Below are positions 59,333 through 64,000 of a stretch of DNA of 64,000 nt, one piece after another. A model generated the notes under the pieces. That model worked only from the letters and a program-made list of their open reading frames with translations, had not been told where the DNA came from and made no database searches. Each line of letters starts with the position of its first letter. Position 1 is the stretch's first letter. The position numbers and the translations under genes are program-made. This stretch comes from Lachnospiraceae bacterium (GTDB taxonomy: Bacteria > Bacillota > Clostridia > Lachnospirales > Lachnospiraceae). The DNA lies in contig JAZNWA010000027.1 in the NCBI GenBank assembly GCA_045593085.1, forward strand, positions 273 through 64,272, in the 5' to 3' direction.

Positions 59333-59662
59333 TTGGTAATGATTTTTTTCTGCATTGGTGGTTTGATAGCAGGAATTTTATCAAAAAAATTATCACCGAG
59401 AATTTTGCTGATTTTAACAGGAATTATGTTTGGAATCGGATTCTTTTTATCCGCGCAGGCAAATTCTTTGTTATTACTTTATATCGGATATGGTGTTTTT
59501 GCAGGACTGGCTTCCGGTTTTGCATATAATGTAATCTTAGGCATGAGTAACAGATGGTTTGCAGATATGCCTGGTCTGATTTCCGGAATTGTACTGATGG
59601 GATTTGTTGTGGCAGGTGTAATTAGTACACTGTTGATTCGCAGACCAAAAGCTGAAATGTAG
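59333..59662 (+). pseudogene. Internally deleted MFS transporter (OFA-like) remnant
   Basis: 109 aa of TM segments (LYIGYGVFAGLASGFAY..NRWF.D..GLISGI) fused directly to a terminal TM (LLIRRPKAEM); no clear RBS or start. Confidence 0.65.
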
Positions 59663-59733
59663 TTACTTATTGTGGCTACTTGTGATAGTAATTTATTATG
59701 GAAATGAGTCGGATTAAGAAAGAGGTGTCAGTT

Positions 59734-60258
59734 ATGAGCAATGCAATGGAAAACATGTTAACAAGAAGAAGTATCCGTAAGTTCAAATCGGATATGGTGC
59801 CACGGGAAATCTTAGAACAGATTGCGAAGGCAGGAACCTACGCTCCTACCGGAATGAATCGTCAGGCACCGATTATTATTACCGTCACAAATAAGGAATT
59901 GAGAGACAGGCTTTCCAAAATGAACGCGGCAATTATGGGACGCGAAGGTACGGATCCATTCTATGGTGCGCCCGTAGTAATGATTGTATTGGCAGATAAA
60001 AATGTTCCGACATATGTTTATGACGGAAGCTTAGTGATGGGAAATCTTATGCTTGCAGCTCATGAACTTGGCATCGGAAGCTGCTGGATTCACCGTGCAA
60101 AGCAGGAATTTGAAACCGAAGAAGGTAAGGCAATCTTACAATCTCTCGGAATCGAAGGAGATTACGAAGGAATCGGACATTGCGTCTTAGGATATGCGGA
60201 TTGTCCGCAGCCGGAAGCTTCTGAGAGGAAAGAAAATTATAGCTATTTTGTAGAGTAA
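59734..60258 (+). CDS. Nitroreductase family protein
   Basis: TRRSIRKF, YAPTGMNRQ, GNLMLAAHELGIGSCWI, LGY. Confidence 0.9.
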   Translation: MSNAMENMLTRRSIRKFKSDMVPREILEQIAKAGTYAPTGMNRQAPIIITVTNKELRDRLSKMNAAIMGREGTDPFYGAPVVMIVLADKNVPTYVYDGSLVMGNLMLAAHELGIGSCWIHRAKQEFETEEGKAILQSLGIEGDYEGIGHCVLGYADCPQPEASERKENYSYFVE

Positions 60259-60281
60259 AAGAAAATAAAGACACATTAAGG

Positions 60282-60310
60282 AAAAACACATCGGCTTTCG
60301 GTGTGTTTTT
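60282..60310 (+). terminator. Terminator after the nitroreductase
   Basis: AAAAACACATCG-GCTTT-CGGTGTGTTTTT. Confidence 0.75.
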
Positions 60311-60380
60311 TACTATTTGGCGGAATCTCTTTTCTTTTTATGATGAGGAAAGTGATATTTCAACAGAGGTTTCACTTATA

Positions 60381-60640
60381 TTGGGCTAGAAATCGGCCTT
60401 GGTGTAAAAAAATCCAATTTTTCAAGTGACGTGGGCTGAGGTGGCATGTGATTTCTCTTCAGTCCAAAAAACAGGGGCTTTTTGGACTGAAGCGTATTAC
60501 AGGGGTACCAGAGCCCAATTTTTGTGAAAAAATGCGAAAAACGGTTATTTTTTTGGGCTTTTTGTTTTTTTTAGATGGGCATCAGCCCAACGAGAAAGGA
60601 ATTGTGGGCTACGCTTCGATTTATAGCCATCATGGCCCAA
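60381..60640. repeat. Palindromic-end unit array C (TTGGGCT / AGYCCAA), 5 units
   Basis: GG(G/A) at 60383, 60433, 60484, 60555, 60606; partner (T/C)CC ending 60415, 60465, 60516, 60588, 60638. Confidence 0.75.
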
Positions 60641-60697
60641 TGGAATTCCATTAGATGTAGAAATAAGGGAAAATCACAAACTGTCAAGAAAAAATGC

Positions 60698-60726
60698 TTG
60701 ACACCAGTTCCTTTATGTAGTATCAT
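60698..60726 (+). promoter_or_regulatory. Sigma-A promoter of ylxM-ffh
   Basis: TTGACA-17 nt-TATCAT. Confidence 0.75.
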
Positions 60727-60817
60727 AGCCAAGGGTGCGTAAAGGAGAATTCCTTGACAGATGCAAAAAATGGTTTAAAATACCGGAAAAAGTAGCAAAT
60801 TCAACGGCGGTGAAACG

Positions 60818-61177
60818 ATGAAGGAAAACAGCATTGAAAAAATCGTAGAGCAGAGCTTGTTATATGATTTTTATGGCGAGATGTTAAATGATCACCAAAG
60901 AAGAGTATATGAAGCGGCCGTATTTGAGGATTATTCCTTGTCTGAGATTGCAGCAGAGGCAGGCATCAGCCGTCAGGGCGTGCACGATATGTTAAAGCGT
61001 TGCAACAAGGCTTTGGAAGATTATGAAGAGAAGCTTCATTTGGTGGAAAAATTTCAAAAGGCAAAGAGCAAGGTTGAGCAAATTCACCGACTTGCCCGGG
61101 AATTTGAAGATAGTAAAGATGGAAGCATTGTAAAGAAGATTGAAGAAATCTCCAATGATATTATAGAAGAATTCTAA
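60818..61177 (+). CDS. ylxM: YlxM family SRP-associated DNA-binding protein
   Basis: LLYDFYGEML...EDYSLSEIA...SRQGVHD..KR...LEDYEEKL; upstream of ffh. Confidence 0.93.
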   Translation: MKENSIEKIVEQSLLYDFYGEMLNDHQRRVYEAAVFEDYSLSEIAAEAGISRQGVHDMLKRCNKALEDYEEKLHLVEKFQKAKSKVEQIHRLAREFEDSKDGSIVKKIEEISNDIIEEF

Positions 61178-61204
61178 ATGAAATAGGATAGTAGGAGTTC
61201 AGAG

Positions 61205-62557
61205 ATGGCATTTGATAGTTTAACCGAGAAACTTCAAAATGTGTTCAAAGCGTTGCGAAGCAAAGGCCTTTTAACAGAAGCAGATGTTAAGGCAGCACTT
61301 CGCGAGGTAAAAATGGCATTGCTTGAAGCGGACGTTAACTTTAAAGTAGTAAAACAATTTGTAAATGATGTTACCGAGCGTGCGGTTGGTCAGGATGTTA
61401 TGACAGGTCTTAACCCGGGCCAGATGGTTGTTAAGATTGTAAATGAAGAAATGGTAAAGCTTATGGGAAGCGAAACCACAGAAATTCAGTTACAGCCTGG
61501 TAAGTCCATTACAGTCATTATGATGACCGGTCTTCAGGGTGCAGGTAAAACAACCACTTGTGCAAAACTTGCCGGTAAAATCAAATTAAAAGGTAAAAAA
61601 CCACTTTTGGTAGCCTGTGACATTTACCGTCCGGCAGCGATTGAACAGTTAAAGATTAACGGACAAAAGCAGGGCGTTGACGTTTTTGAGATGGGTACAG
61701 ACCATAAGCCGACAGAGATTGCGAAAGCAGCGATTGAGTTTGCGGAAAAAAATGGTCACAATGTAGTATATTTGGATACTGCAGGTCGTCTTCAGGTAGA
61801 TGAAGATATGATGCAGGAACTCATAAATATAAAAGAAGTCGTTGATGTTCATCAGACTGTGTTGGTAGTAGATGCCATGACCGGTCAGGAAGCTGTTAAT
61901 GTGGCTTCTACCTTCGACGAGAAGGTTGGCATTGACGGCGTGGTGCTTACCAAGTTAGACGGCGATACCAGAGGCGGTGCAGCATTATCTATCCGTGCCG
62001 TAACAGGAAAACCGATTTTCTACATTGGTATGGGAGAAAAACTTTCCGATTTGGAACAGTTCTATCCGGACCGTATGGCTTCCAGAATCTTAGGAATGGG
62101 TGATATCCTTTCTTTGATTGAAAAGGCAGAAGCAGAGATTGACGAAGAAGCAGCCAAAAGACTGGAAAGTAAGGTCCGCAAAAATGGATTTGACTTCGAA
62201 GATTACTTAGAATCTATGAAGCAGATGAAAAAAATGGGCGGCTTTGCAAGTGTTCTTTCCATGATGCCGGGTATCGGCGGTGCGCAAAAAGCACAGATGG
62301 AAGCTGCGGTAGATGATAAAAAGCTTGCTAGAATCGAAGCAATCATCTATTCCATGACCGTTAAGGAAAGAAGAAATCCAAAGCTTTTGAATCCAAGCAG
62401 AAAGCACAGAATTGCAAAAGGTGCAGGCGTAGACATCGCAGAAGTAAACCGTCTTGTGAAACAGTTTGAACAGGCCGGCAAGATGATGAAACAGATGGGC
62501 GGCTTTGGTGGCAAAAAGGGAAGACATGGAAGAATGAATTTCCCATTTGGTATGTGA
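61205..62557 (+). CDS. ffh: Signal recognition particle protein
   Basis: GLQGAGKTTT, DTAGR, TKLDGDTRGG, M-domain (SRKHRIAKGAG). Confidence 0.97.
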   Translation: MAFDSLTEKLQNVFKALRSKGLLTEADVKAALREVKMALLEADVNFKVVKQFVNDVTERAVGQDVMTGLNPGQMVVKIVNEEMVKLMGSETTEIQLQPGKSITVIMMTGLQGAGKTTTCAKLAGKIKLKGKKPLLVACDIYRPAAIEQLKINGQKQGVDVFEMGTDHKPTEIAKAAIEFAEKNGHNVVYLDTAGRLQVDEDMMQELINIKEVVDVHQTVLVVDAMTGQEAVNVASTFDEKVGIDGVVLTKLDGDTRGGAALSIRAVTGKPIFYIGMGEKLSDLEQFYPDRMASRILGMGDILSLIEKAEAEIDEEAAKRLESKVRKNGFDFEDYLESMKQMKKMGGFASVLSMMPGIGGAQKAQMEAAVDDKKLARIEAIIYSMTVKERRNPKLLNPSRKHRIAKGAGVDIAEVNRLVKQFEQAGKMMKQMGGFGGKKGRHGRMNFPFGM

Positions 62558-62663
62558 TAACAAAAAACATAACTCGTATTTGTTGAAGACAATTAACAAA
62601 CAAACGAAATGTGTTTTGTTAAATAAATAAAAGAACAGCATTTTATGCAGGAGGTGAAAGGAT

Positions 62664-62906
62664 ATGTTAAAAATCAGATTAAGAAGAATGGGTCAGAAGA
62701 AAGCTCCTTTCTATAGAATCGTAGTTGCAGATGCAAGATCTCCAAGAGATGGTAGATTCGTAGCAGAAATCGGAACTTATGATCCAACAAAGAACCCAAG
62801 CGAATTCCACGTTAATGAGGAAGAAGCTAAAAAATGGTTAGCAAACGGAGCTCAGCCTACAGAACAGGTTAGCAAGATTTTCAAAGTTGCTGGTATTGTA
62901 AAATAA
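62664..62906 (+). CDS. rpsP: 30S ribosomal protein S16
   Basis: [28 protein letters not shown]. Confidence 0.98.
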   Translation: MLKIRLRRMGQKKAPFYRIVVADARSPRDGRFVAEIGTYDPTKNPSEFHVNEEEAKKWLANGAQPTEQVSKIFKVAGIVK

Positions 62907-62924
62907 GAACGGGGGGCGGACTAA

Positions 62925-63152
62925 GTGAAAGAACTTGTAGAAGTAATTGCAAAATCACTTGTCGATTACCCGGATGAAGTAGTTGTAACTGAAAAAAGCA
63001 ACGAAAAAGCAGTGATTATCGAGTTGCATGTAGCACAGTCTGATATGGGTAAGGTAATCGGCAAACAAGGTCGAATCGCTAAAGCTATTCGTTCCGTAGT
63101 GAAAGCAGCAGCAGCGAAAGAAGAAAGAAAAGTTATTGTTGATATTATCTAG
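62925..63152 (+). CDS. khpA: KH-domain RNA-binding protein KhpA
   Basis: DMGKVIGKQGRIAKAIRSV; rpsP-khpA-rimM synteny. Confidence 0.93.
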   Translation: MKELVEVIAKSLVDYPDEVVVTEKSNEKAVIIELHVAQSDMGKVIGKQGRIAKAIRSVVKAAAAKEERKVIVDII

Positions 63153-63159
63153 TAGCTAA

Positions 63160-63190
63160 AGACTGCCGCTTATGCGGTAGTCTTGTTTTC
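63160..63190 (+). terminator. Terminator-like hairpin after khpA
   Basis: AGACTGCCGC-TTAT-GCGGTAGTCT plus T-rich tail. Confidence 0.7.
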
Positions 63191-63212
63191 TTTTTGGGAA
63201 AAAGGAGAAAGT

Positions 63213-63725
63213 ATGGAACAGAAATTTCAGGTGGGTATTTTTTCCAGTACTCATGGTGTACATGGAGAATTTAAGGTGTTTCCCACAACTGACGATGTAA
63301 AAAGATTTAAACAGTTGAAGAAGGTTATTATGGACACCGGAAAAACATCCTTTGTGGCAGAAGTGGAAAACGTAAAGTTTTTCAAACAATTTGCGATTTT
63401 GAAAATAAAAGGTTATGATACCTTAAACGATATAGAACCATTAAAGGGAAGCACTCTATGGGTAAACAGGGAAGATGCTGTGAAACTTCAAAAAGATGAG
63501 TACTTCGTGGCAGATTTGGAAGGGCTGACAGTCGTAACAGATGAAGGAAAGACGCTAGGAGTGTTAGAGGAAGTTCTTCCGACAGGGGCAAATGACGTGT
63601 ATGTCGTAAAGAACGACGAAGGAAGAGAATACTATCTGCCTGCGATCAAAGAATGCATTTTGAAAGTAGATATGAAGGCAGAAGTCATCACAGTGCATAT
63701 GATGCCTGGCTTAGAGGAGTTATAA
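63213..63725 (+). CDS. rimM: Ribosome maturation factor RimM
   Basis: [36 protein letters not shown]. Confidence 0.95.
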   Translation: MEQKFQVGIFSSTHGVHGEFKVFPTTDDVKRFKQLKKVIMDTGKTSFVAEVENVKFFKQFAILKIKGYDTLNDIEPLKGSTLWVNREDAVKLQKDEYFVADLEGLTVVTDEGKTLGVLEEVLPTGANDVYVVKNDEGREYYLPAIKECILKVDMKAEVITVHMMPGLEEL

Positions 63726-63726
63726 A

Positions 63727-64000
63727 ATGACGACTTTTTATGTGTTAACGCTTTTTCCGGAGATGATTCTGGACGGAATGAATACGAGTATCATCGGTCG
63801 TGCGATGGAAGCGGGTTTGTTACAAATAAAGGCAATCAACATTAGGGATTTTACTCAGTCAAAACACAAAAAAGTGGATGACTATCCGTACGGTGGCGGA
63901 GCCGGCATGGTTATGCAGGCACAGCCAATTTATGATGCTTATATGTCTGTCGTAGAGGAATTGGGTTATCGCCCACGTACGATTTATTTGACACCGCAGG
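63727..64000 (+). CDS. trmD: tRNA (guanine37-N1)-methyltransferase, 5' part (runs off the window)
   Basis: Manual translation [13 protein letters not shown]...INIRDF...[18 protein letters not shown]...LTPQ. Confidence 0.96.
   Translation, partial: MTTFYVLTLFPEMILDGMNTSIIGRAMEAGLLQIKAINIRDFTQSKHKKVDDYPYGGGAGMVMQAQPIYDAYMSVVEELGYRPRTIYLTPQ

Noticed and set aside
60654-60687. Minus-strand promoter transcribing array C (TTGACA at 60682-87)
   Set aside because: No acceptable -10 hexamer at 16-18 nt spacing.
635-63591. Numerous 60-200-aa antisense or overlapping ORFs inside housekeeping genes (e.g. 46274..46801 -, 57431..58042 -)
   Set aside because: Shadow ORFs on the opposite strand or frame of well-supported genes.

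Overview
The window looks like a Lachnospiraceae-type (Clostridia) chromosomal segment; this is inferred from gene content and order. It begins with an AT-rich orphan Rhs toxin-tip/immunity array (1-4710), followed by a LicD/GT8/Wzx/GT2 surface-glycan cluster and a nuclease-helicase. The rest is mostly housekeeping genes (purL, ispF-cysS-mrnC-rlmB-sigH, ackA, polA-coaE, dinB, split purH, rpmF-plsX-acpP-rnc-smc-ftsY, ylxM-ffh-rpsP-khpA-rimM-trmD) and four tRNAs. Three non-routine signals stand out. (1) A dispersed family of intergenic arrays of ~37-bp units with conserved inverted ends (YTGGG...CCCAA) and variable cores. There are four arrays (14.5, 20.0, 25.8 and 60.4 kb). Two share a 70/52-53/70-bp spacing, and each of those two sits beside its own paralog of an uncharacterised RSKSE...YPDF...YWEH PD-(D/E)XK-like nuclease, suggesting a REP/RAYT-like system built on a different nuclease. 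(2) A 531-bp imperfect palindrome between convergent genes at 48790-49320. (3) A promoter-driven five-hairpin candidate ncRNA ending in a terminator directly upstream of a DUF3800 gene, in an islet next to tRNA-Leu. All protein family calls come from motif recognition by eye; no database searches were run.
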